NCBI GenBank assembly: GCA_964419925.1
Contig: CAYQPR010000002.1
Coordinates: 2,002-66,001 of the forward strand
Direction: 5' to 3'
DNA length: 64,000 nucleotides
From: Candidatus Woesearchaeota archaeon
Lineage (GTDB): Archaea; Nanobdellota; Nanobdellia; SCGC-AAA011-G17; GW2011-AR20
The notes beneath the pieces were generated by a model. The model did not search any database, was not told where the DNA came from, and saw only the letters and a program-made list of their open reading frames with translations. Position numbers and translations under genes: made by a program. Within the stretch, counting starts at the first letter, position 1; each line of letters opens with the position of its first letter. Below are positions 9,418 to 19,803 of the stretch, piece after piece.

Positions 9418-10695
9418 TTATGGTGTTAACCTATCTCGATCCCTTGCAAACAAAACCGCTTCCCTAATATTATCTAACTTTAATAATGTCATAGTAAATC
9501 TTTCTAAACCAATTGACCATCCAGAATGCATCGGAGCTCCTGTTCTAAAGCTATCAACATAAAATTCAAAATTATCCGGATTTAATTTTTTATCTTTTAA
9601 TTGTTTTATTAAAATCTCGGGAATGTGAACGCGTTGTCCTCCAGAACTTATTTCAACTCCACCATACAAAGCATCAAATCCCTTACTCAACCTCTCTCTT
9701 TTATCTAAACTTTTTGGAAAAATATAGAATGGTTTTAATGTAGAAGGCCAAGAATGGGTAAATACAATCATATCCGGATACATTTCACATAATTTTCTTT
9801 CAGATTCAGGTGTAAAATCTTCTCCAATTTTTAAACCAACAAGTTTAATTGCTTCATCATAACTTAAGTATTTTGCTTTTGGAATTTTCAATTTTAAATT
9901 TAAATTTTCTAATTCATCTTTACATTTTTCAATTACATTTTTAACAATAAATGCAACACAATCTTCTAAATATTTCATAACTTTAAAATCATCTGCAAAG
10001 GCAACTTCAATATCCATTTGTCTTGATTCATTCAAGTGTCTTATTGTATTATGTTTCTCCGCTCTCCAAACGGGAGTTATTGTAAATACCCTTTCTAAAG
10101 AAATTGCACATAATTGTTTATATAATTGAGGACTTTGTGCTAGATAAGCTTTTTTCTCAAAATACTTAACTTCAAATAACTCAGTTCCACCCTCGGAAGC
10201 ACTTGCAATAATGCTTGGAGGTTGTATCTCAATAAAATTTAATTTTCTAAAAAATTCTCTAAAAGAACTTGAAATTTCGCTTTGAATTTTAAATATTGCC
10301 TTAACCTTTTTCTTCCTTAAATCTAAACTCCTATGTTCTAATCTCGTGCTTAAATCAGTAATGATATCTTTATCTTTTTCATAAACTTGTATTGGAAGAT
10401 TTTCAGCCTTATTCAATAACTCTAATTCATCAACACTGATTTCAAAATTATTAATTGTTAATTCAGAAGATGTTAATTTAGCTTCTTTTATTTTTCCCCT
10501 AATTGAAATAACACTTTCTAATGTTAATTTCTCATCAAAACCTTTAGCTTCATTTTTTATAACACATTGAACGATTCCAGTTATATCTCTTAAAAGAATA
10601 AACTTGGCTTTGGGTAATTCTCTAATATCATGAACCCAACCTTTCAATAAAACTTCCTTTTTATCTTTAAGTTCATTAACGTAGCTTCTTTCCAT
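9418..10695 (-). CDS. aspS: aspartyl-tRNA synthetase (archaeal type, class IIb)
   Basis: GWVHDIRE OB domain, then WRAEKHNTIRHLNE...DIEVAF and GGQR class II motifs. The HNTxRHLNE region is typical of archaeal AspRS. Confidence 0.7.
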   Translation of the reverse strand: MERSYVNELKDKKEVLLKGWVHDIRELPKAKFILLRDITGIVQCVIKNEAKGFDEKLTLESVISIRGKIKEAKLTSSELTINNFEISVDELELLNKAENLPIQVYEKDKDIITDLSTRLEHRSLDLRKKKVKAIFKIQSEISSSFREFFRKLNFIEIQPPSIIASASEGGTELFEVKYFEKKAYLAQSPQLYKQLCAISLERVFTITPVWRAEKHNTIRHLNESRQMDIEVAFADDFKVMKYLEDCVAFIVKNVIEKCKDELENLNLKLKIPKAKYLSYDEAIKLVGLKIGEDFTPESERKLCEMYPDMIVFTHSWPSTLKPFYIFPKSLDKRERLSKGFDALYGGVEISSGGQRVHIPEILIKQLKDKKLNPDNFEFYVDSFRTGAPMHSGWSIGLERFTMTLLKLDNIREAVLFARDRDRLTP

Positions 10696-10791
10696 AAAAT
10701 AAAGTTAAAATCAAATTATATAAAGTTTTCTTTAATTAAGTATTTAGAAAAACACCAAAACTTATATAAAGAATGACCAATTTCTAAGCAT

Positions 10792-13302
10792 ATGAAAAAA
10801 GAGAATCCTTACAGTTTACCAAATCACATTATTCCTTTAATTTATAATATAGAACTAACCCCTAATTTTAAAGAGCTAACATTCAAAGGCGAAGAAAAAA
10901 TAAAAATAAATGTTTTAAAAGATACAAAAGAAATTTCTTTAAATATAAAGGGGTTAGAGATAAATTCAGTTTCTCTTCAAAATAATTCAATAAAAAAGAT
11001 GAAAGAAGATAAAGAAAAGCAAATTATTATATTTTATTTTGAAAAAATTATTAAAAAAGGAGAGTATAATTTAATAGTTAATTTCGGAGGAAAGGTTGCA
11101 GAAAATCTACGAGGATTTTACAAAAGCATGTATATTGTTGGAGAAGAAAAAAGAACAATGTTAACAACTCAGTTTGAGCCTAATGATGCGAGAAAATGTT
11201 TTCCTTCTTTTGATCAGCCAGATATGAAAGCAAAATTCAATATCTCATTAACCATTCCGGATAATTTAAATGCAGTTTCAAATATGCCTATAAAAAGCGA
11301 AAGTCTATTTAGCAATTTAAAAAAAGTTACATTTGAAGAAACTCCAATAATGTCTACATATTTAGTTGCATTTGTAATCGGAGAATTAGAATATTTGGAA
11401 TCAAAAACAAAAGATAATGTTTTAGTTAGGGTTATAACAACTCCAGGAAAAAAACATAAAGCAAAATTTGCTTTAGATTTTGCAATAAAAGCATTAGAAT
11501 ATTATAATGATTATTTCAAAATTCCTTATCCCCTACCAAAATTAGATCTAATTGAAATTCCAGATTTTGAATCTGGTGCAATGGAAAATTGGGGTTTGAT
11601 AACATATAGAGAAACACAAATTCTTTTTGATGAGAATGAATCTTCAGTCGGAATAAAACAAGCGGTTGCAACAACAATAAGCCATGAATTAGCACATCAG
11701 TGGTTTGGAAATCTGGTAACAATGAAATGGTGGAATGATTTATGGTTAAATGAAGGTTTTGCTTCTTGGATAGAATACAAAGCAACAAATAAGATACATC
11801 CTGAATTTGAGATGTGGACCCAGTATATCGGTGATGAAAAAATAGGTGCGTTATATTTAGATAGTTTGAACAATACTCATCCAATTGAAGTTGATGTAAA
11901 AAATCCTGAAGAGATCAATGAAATTTTTGATGCAATAAGTTACAATAAAGGTTCTTGTATAATAAGGATGCTTGAAGAATATTTAGGAGAAGAAATTTTT
12001 AGAGAAGGATTAAAGCATTACATGAACAAATTTAAATATGATAATGCAGACACAGATGATTTATGGAATTCTATGGAAGAAATTTCAAAAAAGCCGGTTA
12101 AAAAATTAATGCATTCATGGACAAAACAAGAGGGTTATCCAATTATTTCTGCAACCTATAAAGATAATAAGTTAATACTTGAACAAGAAAGATTTTCTTA
12201 TATAAAAAACAAAGATAATAAATTATGGACCATCCCCGTTTCAATTTTAGATAATAATAAAATAAAATATTACGAAATGAGTAAAAAGAAATTAGAAATA
12301 AATATAAATAAAGATATTATAATAAATCATAATCAAGTTGGATTTTACAGAATAAAATATGATGAAGAATTTTTTAAAGAAGTTATTAATTACAAATTAA
12401 ACATAATTGATAAGATCGGGTTAGAAAACGATGTTTTTGCTTTAGCACGAGGATCTCACGTTCCAGTTAAAAACTTTTTAAAATTAGCTCTAAAGTTAAA
12501 AAAAGAAACTGATCAAGAAATTTGGAATGATTTATCATCAAGTTTAGGAAAAATAAGTCAGCTTTTTTCAGATAAATATGAAAAAGAAATGGACGAATAT
12601 ATAAAAAATTTATATTCTGAGATTTATAAAAAAGTTGGGTGGGAAGAAAAGACGAAGGAAAGTCATACTGAAAAACTACTAAGGTCAAATGTGATTGCCA
12701 CTTTAGGTTTTAGTAATCATAAAGAAGTTTTAGATAAAGCAAAAAAAATGTTTAATGAATATCTAAAAGGCAAAAAAATAAATCCAAATTTAAGAACATT
12801 AATCTATAATTTAACGGCATTTACAGGTGATAGAAAAATATATGAAAAATTAAAAGAGTTATATTTAAAAGAAAAATCTTCTGAAGAAAAAATAAGATTC
12901 CTTGGATCTTTAGGAATTTTTAAAGATAAAACAATTTTACAAGATGCTTTAAAGTTTAGTTTATCAAAAGAGGTTAAATCTCAAGATGCAATGTATGTTC
13001 TTGCAACGGTTGGAAGCAATGAGCATGCAGATGATTTAGCATGGAAATTTTTAAGAGAAAATTGGAAAGTTTATTATGAAAAATATGGCGAAGGACATGT
13101 TCTTCCAAGTTTAATTAAATCTGTACTATCTAAATTTAGCTCTTTAGATAGAATCAAAGAGATTCAAGATTTTTTTAGCAAACACAAATTAAAAGGTGCA
13201 CAAAGGTCAATCCAACAATCTATTGAAATGATAAGAATTAATCATAATTTTGTTAATTATAATGAAAAAGATTTGAAAGAATTCTTTAAGAAAGACTTTT
13301 AA
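10792..13302 (+). CDS. pepN: M1-family aminopeptidase N (tricorn-interacting factor F2/F3-like)
   Basis: GAMENWG exopeptidase motif and HELAHQWFGNLVTMKWWNDLWLNEGFA (HEXXH-18-E zinc motif). Confidence 0.9.
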   Translation: MKKENPYSLPNHIIPLIYNIELTPNFKELTFKGEEKIKINVLKDTKEISLNIKGLEINSVSLQNNSIKKMKEDKEKQIIIFYFEKIIKKGEYNLIVNFGGKVAENLRGFYKSMYIVGEEKRTMLTTQFEPNDARKCFPSFDQPDMKAKFNISLTIPDNLNAVSNMPIKSESLFSNLKKVTFEETPIMSTYLVAFVIGELEYLESKTKDNVLVRVITTPGKKHKAKFALDFAIKALEYYNDYFKIPYPLPKLDLIEIPDFESGAMENWGLITYRETQILFDENESSVGIKQAVATTISHELAHQWFGNLVTMKWWNDLWLNEGFASWIEYKATNKIHPEFEMWTQYIGDEKIGALYLDSLNNTHPIEVDVKNPEEINEIFDAISYNKGSCIIRMLEEYLGEEIFREGLKHYMNKFKYDNADTDDLWNSMEEISKKPVKKLMHSWTKQEGYPIISATYKDNKLILEQERFSYIKNKDNKLWTIPVSILDNNKIKYYEMSKKKLEININKDIIINHNQVGFYRIKYDEEFFKEVINYKLNIIDKIGLENDVFALARGSHVPVKNFLKLALKLKKETDQEIWNDLSSSLGKISQLFSDKYEKEMDEYIKNLYSEIYKKVGWEEKTKESHTEKLLRSNVIATLGFSNHKEVLDKAKKMFNEYLKGKKINPNLRTLIYNLTAFTGDRKIYEKLKELYLKEKSSEEKIRFLGSLGIFKDKTILQDALKFSLSKEVKSQDAMYVLATVGSNEHADDLAWKFLRENWKVYYEKYGEGHVLPSLIKSVLSKFSSLDRIKEIQDFFSKHKLKGAQRSIQQSIEMIRINHNFVNYNEKDLKEFFKKDF

Positions 13303-13324
13303 ATTTTGTTAATAAGAAAAGTTT

Positions 13325-13771
13325 ATGAAAGAACCATTTTTATTTGATTTAGTTAATAAATTATATCACACTGCAACTGATAATTTTTCAGATGAATTAA
13401 AAGAGCAAAGTGAACTAAATGCTTTTGTTCTTGGATTTATTGGAAGCGAAGCAGTAATTAGATCTATTCAATTTGCTTCTGAAAAAATACTTCCTAAGAA
13501 ATTTAATGATGAAATTCTTCCATACATAGAAAAGGGATGTAGAATTGGAATAACTACAGCACCGATTATTTATGCTGCACTAAATCCTTATGATTTTTTT
13601 CAGGTTATCAAAGAACATCCAACATATTCTTCTGGAATGATTGGAGCATATCTTGGTTTAATGGACTCTTCAAATATCCATATAAAAGAAAAACTAAAAG
13701 AAGAAAGTTTATTTAAAAAAATTAAAAAAGGTGTAAAAGAACTAGATCAAACAATTGAAGATATATTTTAA
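13325..13771 (+). CDS. hypothetical protein
   Basis: 148-aa ORF with no motif. Confidence 0.4.
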   Translation: MKEPFLFDLVNKLYHTATDNFSDELKEQSELNAFVLGFIGSEAVIRSIQFASEKILPKKFNDEILPYIEKGCRIGITTAPIIYAALNPYDFFQVIKEHPTYSSGMIGAYLGLMDSSNIHIKEKLKEESLFKKIKKGVKELDQTIEDIF

Positions 13772-14622
13772 ATTTTTTTTAATTCAATTAAATCATGTTT
13801 CGCTTTTGGCAGATGCAAACTTCTAACAAAATAATACATTGCAAATAATTCAAAAGCAAAAGGTCCATATCCTAAATACCCTAGAATAGGCATTTCAAAT
13901 ATTTTAAAAAATCCAACAAAAGGAATCTCGTAATACCATTTAACAACCGCATAATAATTCCAAAATTCCCATAAAATTCCACAAACAGTTCCTGCAACAA
14001 ATAGTAATATTGGAATTTTAGTATTCCCATTTTTCCAGTAACTAATAATACTTGGCTGTTTATGTAGATAATTAATCGGATCAAGAATAAAAAAGAAAGC
14101 CATCCAAACAAAAGGGAAAAAATATTTTGGATAAATGATGCTTAACAAAATCATTAAAACTCCAATTAGAGTCATTGAATTTAAAAAAGAAGGTGTAATA
14201 TTACGATGCTTTTTTAATTTAAGTTTATCAAATAGATTAAACGTCTTAAACAATTCATAAGTTTCAATTATCGCAGGAAGAACTGTTGAAAATGCAATCG
14301 TTCTAAAAATATAAAACCTAAACCAAGAAGGTTCAGAATAAAAAGTAGAACTTTGATAGTTCCAATTTCCAGTCTTAAAGTTTATAATCTCAAATAGCCA
14401 CCAAATCAATGCAGATAAGATTAAAGATTTAACAAACTGTTCTTTCCTTGACATTATTAAAGAATGTTCTTTTAATTTGTAAATAATTGCGTCAATTAAT
14501 AAGATATATCCAAACCAAACTATCGGAAAATACCAAGAAGCAAAAGGTTCAATTTTAAGATAAAAATTTAATTCAGTAAATAATATCATTATTATTCCAA
14601 GTAAACCATACCACTTAAACAT
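13768..14622 (-). CDS. polytopic membrane protein of unknown function
   Basis: About eight hydrophobic helices with aromatic-rich loops. Its start/stop overlaps the downstream PAP2-like gene. Confidence 0.5.
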   Translation of the reverse strand: MFKWYGLLGIIMILFTELNFYLKIEPFASWYFPIVWFGYILLIDAIIYKLKEHSLIMSRKEQFVKSLILSALIWWLFEIINFKTGNWNYQSSTFYSEPSWFRFYIFRTIAFSTVLPAIIETYELFKTFNLFDKLKLKKHRNITPSFLNSMTLIGVLMILLSIIYPKYFFPFVWMAFFFILDPINYLHKQPSIISYWKNGNTKIPILLFVAGTVCGILWEFWNYYAVVKWYYEIPFVGFFKIFEMPILGYLGYGPFAFELFAMYYFVRSLHLPKAKHDLIELKKI

Positions 14623-15185
14623 TATATCACCTCTTCAAATCTTTTGCTTATTTTTATACTAACTAAAGCAAGTAAAACTCCAAAAATCAAATCAGCAAGA
14701 TGATGTTGTTTAATGAATAACGTTGAAACCAAACTAAAGATCATTAAAGGAGCAAGTTGGTAAGCCAATTTTTTTTTATATTGAAAGATTAAAATAAAGG
14801 AGAGGGTAAGTAATGTAGCATGCAAACTTGGAAATAGATTATATTGAAGGTCTAGAGAATGGATAAGATTTATCAAATAGTTGCTTAAATTATTATTTTC
14901 TATTAAAGGTCTATAGATACTAGTCGGTAAAAAAATGAAAAAGAAATCAGCAATGATTACCGGAACAGAATAATAGAAAGCTACTTTCTTATTATCCATT
15001 ATAAAAAAAGGTATTAAAATAATAAAAAAATAAGCTAAATAAAAATAAACCATCCAGTTTAAGAAAGGAATTGAGTTTTCAAATGCAAATCCTAAATCAT
15101 AAACTTCTCGGCCATAATTAAATTGGTTAATTACAAAGTAAGTAGAGATTACCACTAAAAAAATAAAAAAGTATTTAAGTTTCAT
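14622..15185 (-). CDS. PAP2-superfamily-like membrane phosphatase
   Basis: Degenerate PAP2 motifs: SIYRPL (KxxxxxxRP-like), FPSLHAT (PSGH-like) and QHHLADLIFG (SRxxxxxHxxxD-like). Confidence 0.45.
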   Translation of the reverse strand: MKLKYFFIFLVVISTYFVINQFNYGREVYDLGFAFENSIPFLNWMVYFYLAYFFIILIPFFIMDNKKVAFYYSVPVIIADFFFIFLPTSIYRPLIENNNLSNYLINLIHSLDLQYNLFPSLHATLLTLSFILIFQYKKKLAYQLAPLMIFSLVSTLFIKQHHLADLIFGVLLALVSIKISKRFEEVI

Positions 15186-15288
15186 AAGATTAACATAAAA
15201 ATTTAATTATTAAATCTAATCATTCATTTAAGAGTAATAATAACTAGAATAATAAAATATATAAACCTTAGTCTACCTTGGTTAATAA

Positions 15289-15750
15289 ATGAAATTAAGG
15301 AAAAGTTTTGTTTTAAGTGTAATTTTTTTGCTTGTTTTATTTGTAGTGAGTTCTTGTAAAACACCTGTTGGTGGTTTAGAAAAATCAAATGATGTTAGAT
15401 TATTAAGCACTTCAGAGAACAGTGCTAATTTTGAAATATTTGTTAATAAGTATCCAAAAGGAAATGAATTTGAAAAACAGGTTAATAGTTTTGGATTTTA
15501 TGAGATTTACTTAGAGATTTATGGAAATTTATATGAACAGAGTTTTTTAACTGAACCTTATAAATTAGTTTTAGGGAGAATTTATGTAAATGATAAATAT
15601 CCATTAAAAAAAGAATTCTTGCTTGGTGATCCAATAATAAAATTAAATTCCAACTCTCATTATAATCTCAAGTTTTATTTAAAAGAAAAATCTTCTGAAA
15701 CTCTAACAAATAAAGTTTTTATAAAGGAAATTGAGTTTGATACAAAATAA
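15289..15750 (+). CDS. secreted protein / putative lipoprotein
   Basis: Signal peptide MKLRKSFVLSVIFLLVLFVVSSC, with a Cys immediately after the hydrophobic core. Confidence 0.5.
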   Translation: MKLRKSFVLSVIFLLVLFVVSSCKTPVGGLEKSNDVRLLSTSENSANFEIFVNKYPKGNEFEKQVNSFGFYEIYLEIYGNLYEQSFLTEPYKLVLGRIYVNDKYPLKKEFLLGDPIIKLNSNSHYNLKFYLKEKSSETLTNKVFIKEIEFDTK

Positions 15751-15822
15751 ATAAAATATCAATTGTGTGGGATAACCAATTTATTATTCGAGGATTATAA
15801 AGGTTTGCGTTGCTAATGAACA

Positions 15823-17229
15823 CTATTTTTTATTTATTAATTCTATTAACTTCTTGCCATCAATTTTACCTTTATATTTTGACATTAACATCCCCATCAA
15901 GGCATTTACGCTTAGTTCTTTATTTTTAGATTTAAGTTCTTTAATTTCTTTTTCAATTTCATTTAAACTAACAGATTTATAATCTTCAAGATTAATTTTT
16001 TCATTTTTACTTAATTTAACAAAAATTTCATTAACAACATCTTTTGTTATTTTACCTTTATCCAATAAATCTAAAACATAATCTAAACGTTTATTATTAA
16101 AATTACTAACTAAAATACTTGCTAATAAACCAGAACTAATCTCATTATACTTTTTAGAATAATCATTAAAATCTATCTTACTATGGATCATTTCAGAAGC
16201 CAGTTCATTACTTAATCCATATCTTTCTTTTAATTTATTTATCTTATCTTCAATCAGTTCAGGGATTTTAACATTCTCCAATAATTCTTTACTAACCTCT
16301 ATAGTTGGAATATCCGTATCCGGGTACATCCTTGCACTTCCGGGCAAAGGTCTCAAAAATGAGGTTGTCCCGTTTTCATTCGCCTTTCTTACCTCTTCTT
16401 CAACTTTTTTATCTTTTTCAACTAAACTAAACTGCCTTTGAATTTCATAATCAATTATCTTAGGCATTGTTCTTAAATCCTGAAAACCTTTTATCTCAAC
16501 CCTTGATCCATCTAAAATACTTAAATTAACATCCTGTCTTATTGTTCCAATTCCCCTTAAAATATCAGAAAAACTTCTTAAGATCATTCCTAATTTTTCA
16601 GCAGTTTCCTTTGCACCATCAGGGGTTTTAATGTCTGGCTTAGTCATTATCTCAATTAAAGGAATTCCCTGCCTTGATAAAGAATAATAAGTTTTATTTT
16701 CTTCATTTTTCTCAATTTTACATGCATCTTCCTCTAAACATAGACTTGCAATCTTAACCTTTCCAAAAGAAGTTTCAATAAACGAATCTTCACTTTCATA
16801 ACCAACTAACATTGTTCTTTGAAAAGCGCTACAAGCACTCCCATCCGTAATTATCTTTCTCATAACATAAATTTCTTTAGGAATGTTTAATCTAAACAAT
16901 TTAGCTAAAGATAAAGCCGTAACTAGTGCATCTTGATTAACCTGATATGGTGGCTGTTCATCACAATCGACTAAACAATATTCTCCTTTATAACCGTGAT
17001 AAATAAAATCTTTATTTTTAGATTCTTCAAATTTAGCTGCAACATCAACTTTTCCAGTTTCACCTGAAGAAGCTCTTAATTTCCTTTTAAATTCGATATC
17101 CAATTCTTTTTCTTCAAATTTAGTAGAGCAGTTGCAGAATAACTTTTTATCTGAAAGTTGCTGATGAATCTCAAGTCCAATCTTCAAGTTTAAATCCTTA
17201 TAGTCAAACATTTTCAATATCCTCATCAA
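15823..17229 (-). CDS. gatE: Glu-tRNA(Gln) amidotransferase subunit E/B-family (GatE-like, short form). The likely start is the Met at 17211.
   Basis: N-terminus YKDLNLKIGLEIHQQL...KLFCNC is the GatB/E signature. It is paired with gatD on the same strand. Confidence 0.7.
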   Translation of the reverse strand: MMRILKMFDYKDLNLKIGLEIHQQLSDKKLFCNCSTKFEEKELDIEFKRKLRASSGETGKVDVAAKFEESKNKDFIYHGYKGEYCLVDCDEQPPYQVNQDALVTALSLAKLFRLNIPKEIYVMRKIITDGSACSAFQRTMLVGYESEDSFIETSFGKVKIASLCLEEDACKIEKNEENKTYYSLSRQGIPLIEIMTKPDIKTPDGAKETAEKLGMILRSFSDILRGIGTIRQDVNLSILDGSRVEIKGFQDLRTMPKIIDYEIQRQFSLVEKDKKVEEEVRKANENGTTSFLRPLPGSARMYPDTDIPTIEVSKELLENVKIPELIEDKINKLKERYGLSNELASEMIHSKIDFNDYSKKYNEISSGLLASILVSNFNNKRLDYVLDLLDKGKITKDVVNEIFVKLSKNEKINLEDYKSVSLNEIEKEIKELKSKNKELSVNALMGMLMSKYKGKIDGKKLIELINKK

Positions 17230-17710
17230 TAATTTTAACTATTTTAGTAATATTATTTACAAAAAGTTTTGCATTTTTTAATGAATCTTCAGCATATTCC
17301 TTATTTGCCTGCGAAATTGTTTGATAAGTAAATAAACCTCTTTTAAATTTCAAATCTTTAAAAATTTCAAGCAAATGATCTGCCCTTATAATCATCTTTT
17401 GATAAATTTCAAGAAGTTTCACATCTATGATTCTGGTCTTAACAAAATTATTATCAAATTCATCATAAGTCTTTTTATGAACTTCAGGAAATGTTGTTTT
17501 AATATCTTTAGTTAATAAAATTGCCTTTGCTGAGTAAAATATCGCATAATAAGAATGAGAAATAACTGCACTGTAAAAACTAATCTCTAAAGGTATTTTC
17601 AAAAATTCTTTTTTCTTGTTATCATTACTTATATCTCTAAGCGTTTCAGCGATTATTAATTCATTTTCAGATCGATCAAGAAAATTTTTTGTTGTTAAAT
17701 CCATTCTCAA
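17204..17710 (-). CDS. HEPN-domain protein (toxin of a HEPN/MNT pair)
   Basis: All-helical 168-aa protein with the ISHSYYAIFYSAKAILL helix typical of HEPN. It overlaps the MNT gene and the gatE start. Confidence 0.55.
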   Translation of the reverse strand: MRMDLTTKNFLDRSENELIIAETLRDISNDNKKKEFLKIPLEISFYSAVISHSYYAIFYSAKAILLTKDIKTTFPEVHKKTYDEFDNNFVKTRIIDVKLLEIYQKMIIRADHLLEIFKDLKFKRGLFTYQTISQANKEYAEDSLKNAKLFVNNITKIVKIIDEDIENV

Positions 17711-18305
17711 TAACCTCTTGCATTAATTTAATATAAATCTGTCCTCCAGTTAATATAATGAAGTTTCTTACTATCCCTTTACCATAATTAGCTTCATTAT
17801 TTAAAAGCATTTCCTTAAACTCAGAATATTTAAAAACATATAAATGTATTTGTGGAATATTCATTTCTGCCTTAAAGGATAGTTCAGCATAAACTCTTTT
17901 AGGTTCAAACAAATCATTGATAAGCACAACAACATCAAGATCAGATGTTTTTGTAAATTTTCCGTTTGCATAACTACCAGTTATAATAAAAACATAATCC
18001 TTATAAGAAATATTGCTCATAAACTCTTGTAAATCTCGATAAGGTAAACTATCCTTATGCCAACCATAATACTCTAAAACAAAACCTGCAAAAATTCTTG
18101 ATTTTACTATAAAATTTAATGAGTAAACCGAGAGATTACCTACTTTTTCTAATAGTAATATTTTTTCTTTTAATAAATTCTTAATTACCTTATCAACATA
18201 GCTTTTTGATTTCTTTTTTGAAGAATTTTTTAATTCTGTAAAAGTATATTTTTTCCAAGGTTCTTTTGCAAATAAATATAATAATTCTGAATCTTTTTTT
18301 AGCAT
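17676..18305 (-). CDS. minimal nucleotidyltransferase (MNT) with N-terminal winged-helix domain (antitoxin partner of HEPN)
   Basis: GSYANGKFTKTSDLDVVVL is the GS...DxD polymerase-beta-type nucleotidyltransferase motif. It overlaps the HEPN gene. Confidence 0.7.
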   Translation of the reverse strand: MLKKDSELLYLFAKEPWKKYTFTELKNSSKKKSKSYVDKVIKNLLKEKILLLEKVGNLSVYSLNFIVKSRIFAGFVLEYYGWHKDSLPYRDLQEFMSNISYKDYVFIITGSYANGKFTKTSDLDVVVLINDLFEPKRVYAELSFKAEMNIPQIHLYVFKYSEFKEMLLNNEANYGKGIVRNFIILTGGQIYIKLMQEVIENGFNNKKFS

Positions 18306-18309
18306 AGTA

Positions 18310-18351
18310 ATTCCCTATTTTTAGGATTACTATTCCCTATTTTTAGGGTTA
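18310..18351. promoter_or_regulatory. Tandem operator-like repeat: two 20-nt units (attccctatttttagg[a/g]tta), each holding the palindrome CCCTA-TTTT-TAGG(G). Unit spacing is 22 bp, and they sit between a TATA-like box (atataaatat, 18351..18360) and the MNT start codon.
   Basis: Read directly in the sequence. Unit 2 is a perfect palindrome. Confidence 0.6.
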
Positions 18352-18373
18352 TATAAATATTTCGATTCAAAAA

Positions 18374-19666
18374 CTAATCTAAAAACTCTTTTGTTAAATG
18401 ATCATTAATTTCGCCACGTAAATTTTTACCAATTAAACCTTTAACTTCTTTAGGATTATAATTTCCTAACAACCAAGCTAACTTAACAAAAGCAACTTCT
18501 GGTAACATATCTTCTCCAGAAATAATCCCAATTTCTTGTAAATCCCTCCCTTTAGAGTAAACATTCATGTTAACCCGACCAAATAAACATTGAGAAGTCA
18601 TCACCACAACCATACTTTTATTTAAATCTTGCAAAGCTTTCTTAATCTTAGCATGTTCCTTAGTTTCATTATCAATAACATCTCCAGGGGTATGACCCAA
18701 TCCGGTTCCTTCAATGATCAAACCCTTATAACCCTTGTAAGCTAAAAATTGATTAGCGGTCATATTAATCGTAATTTTAATCAAAGCAACTTTTTCTTCA
18801 AATTTATCTTTAATTACTAACTTTTCTCCCTTTCGTTTATAATCTTCCTTAATGAAATTTATATTTTTAGTTCTATAATCAACTTGTGCAATTACATTAT
18901 CATTAATTGGCTTAAAGGCATCTCTTCTAGAGGTATGCATCTTACGAGTTTTACATGCTGGAAAAATTGAACAGGTTTTATCATTTATTGAATCATGCAT
19001 ACATATTGCAACTCCAGAAAAATCAGTTTTAGTTATAAACAAAGAAGCACAAACTAAATTCATCGCAGCATCACTTGAACCCCTATCAGAACTTCTTTGA
19101 GATGCCACCAAGATTACAGGAACCGGACAAGATTCTAAAACAAAACTCAAAGCAGCACTTGCAACAGCTAAATTATCAGTTCCCATTCCAACAATTACGC
19201 CCTCAACCCCAGATTTAATTTCATTTTCAATCTCCTTAGCAAGAACACCAAAATGTTTAAATCTTAAATCATCACTCCACATTTTTCTAACAAGTTTACT
19301 TTTAAAGTTTGCAATCTCCTTAAGTTCAGGAAAAATAGATAAAAATTCTTCAGGAGTAAACTTTGAAATTACCCCTCCGGTCTCATAATCTACCTTAGAA
19401 GCTATCGTTCCACCGGTGTGTAAAATAGAAATGGTTTTTAATCCTTTTTTAAAATCAACTTTTTCTTGATTTTCTTTTTTTTCAGAAATTTTTTTTATTA
19501 AATTAATTTTTTTTATTTTATTTTTTTCAATTCCTAAATTGTATCCAGAATTTAATTTTAAAGTTAAAATTTCTTTATTTGTCGACGGCAAAATTGTTCC
19601 TTTCAAATTTTCTTTTTCAGAAAAAATTTCAACGTAATCACCGATTTTATAATTTTCTTTTTTCAT
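18374..19666 (-). CDS. gatD: Glu-tRNA(Gln) amidotransferase subunit D
   Basis: C-terminal L-asparaginase-like domain (HTGGTIAS, GMGTDNLA). The N-terminal small domain is typical of GatD. Confidence 0.8.
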   Translation of the reverse strand: MKKENYKIGDYVEIFSEKENLKGTILPSTNKEILTLKLNSGYNLGIEKNKIKKINLIKKISEKKENQEKVDFKKGLKTISILHTGGTIASKVDYETGGVISKFTPEEFLSIFPELKEIANFKSKLVRKMWSDDLRFKHFGVLAKEIENEIKSGVEGVIVGMGTDNLAVASAALSFVLESCPVPVILVASQRSSDRGSSDAAMNLVCASLFITKTDFSGVAICMHDSINDKTCSIFPACKTRKMHTSRRDAFKPINDNVIAQVDYRTKNINFIKEDYKRKGEKLVIKDKFEEKVALIKITINMTANQFLAYKGYKGLIIEGTGLGHTPGDVIDNETKEHAKIKKALQDLNKSMVVVMTSQCLFGRVNMNVYSKGRDLQEIGIISGEDMLPEVAFVKLAWLLGNYNPKEVKGLIGKNLRGEINDHLTKEFLD

Positions 19667-19803
19667 TAATTAAACTAAAATTTTCAAATTAAATAAGATT
19701 TATATTCTGCGAAATATATTTTCCATTTCAAAAGTATTTAAATATAAGTTTAGATAATAAAAGAACTAATTTGACACAAAGTTCATCATTTAACTGATTT
19801 TTG

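Noticed and set aside
11516-11884. ORFs antisense to large genes (11516..11884, 12467..12688, 20073..20529, 29682..29981, 30957..31349, 34083..34687, 35438..35818, 40461..40757, 40949..41230, 43729..44300, 50353..50553, 53006..53227, 62450..63745 and similar)
   Set aside because: All lie inside confidently assigned genes on the opposite strand. They have low-complexity composition and no motifs, so they are treated as spurious.
15823-17229. Calling the short 468-aa amidotransferase subunit gatB (bacterial GatCAB) rather than gatE
   Set aside because: There is an adjacent GatD with an asparaginase-like domain and no gatA or gatC nearby, so a GatDE pairing is favoured. The protein is shorter than typical GatE, so the call remains GatE/B-family.
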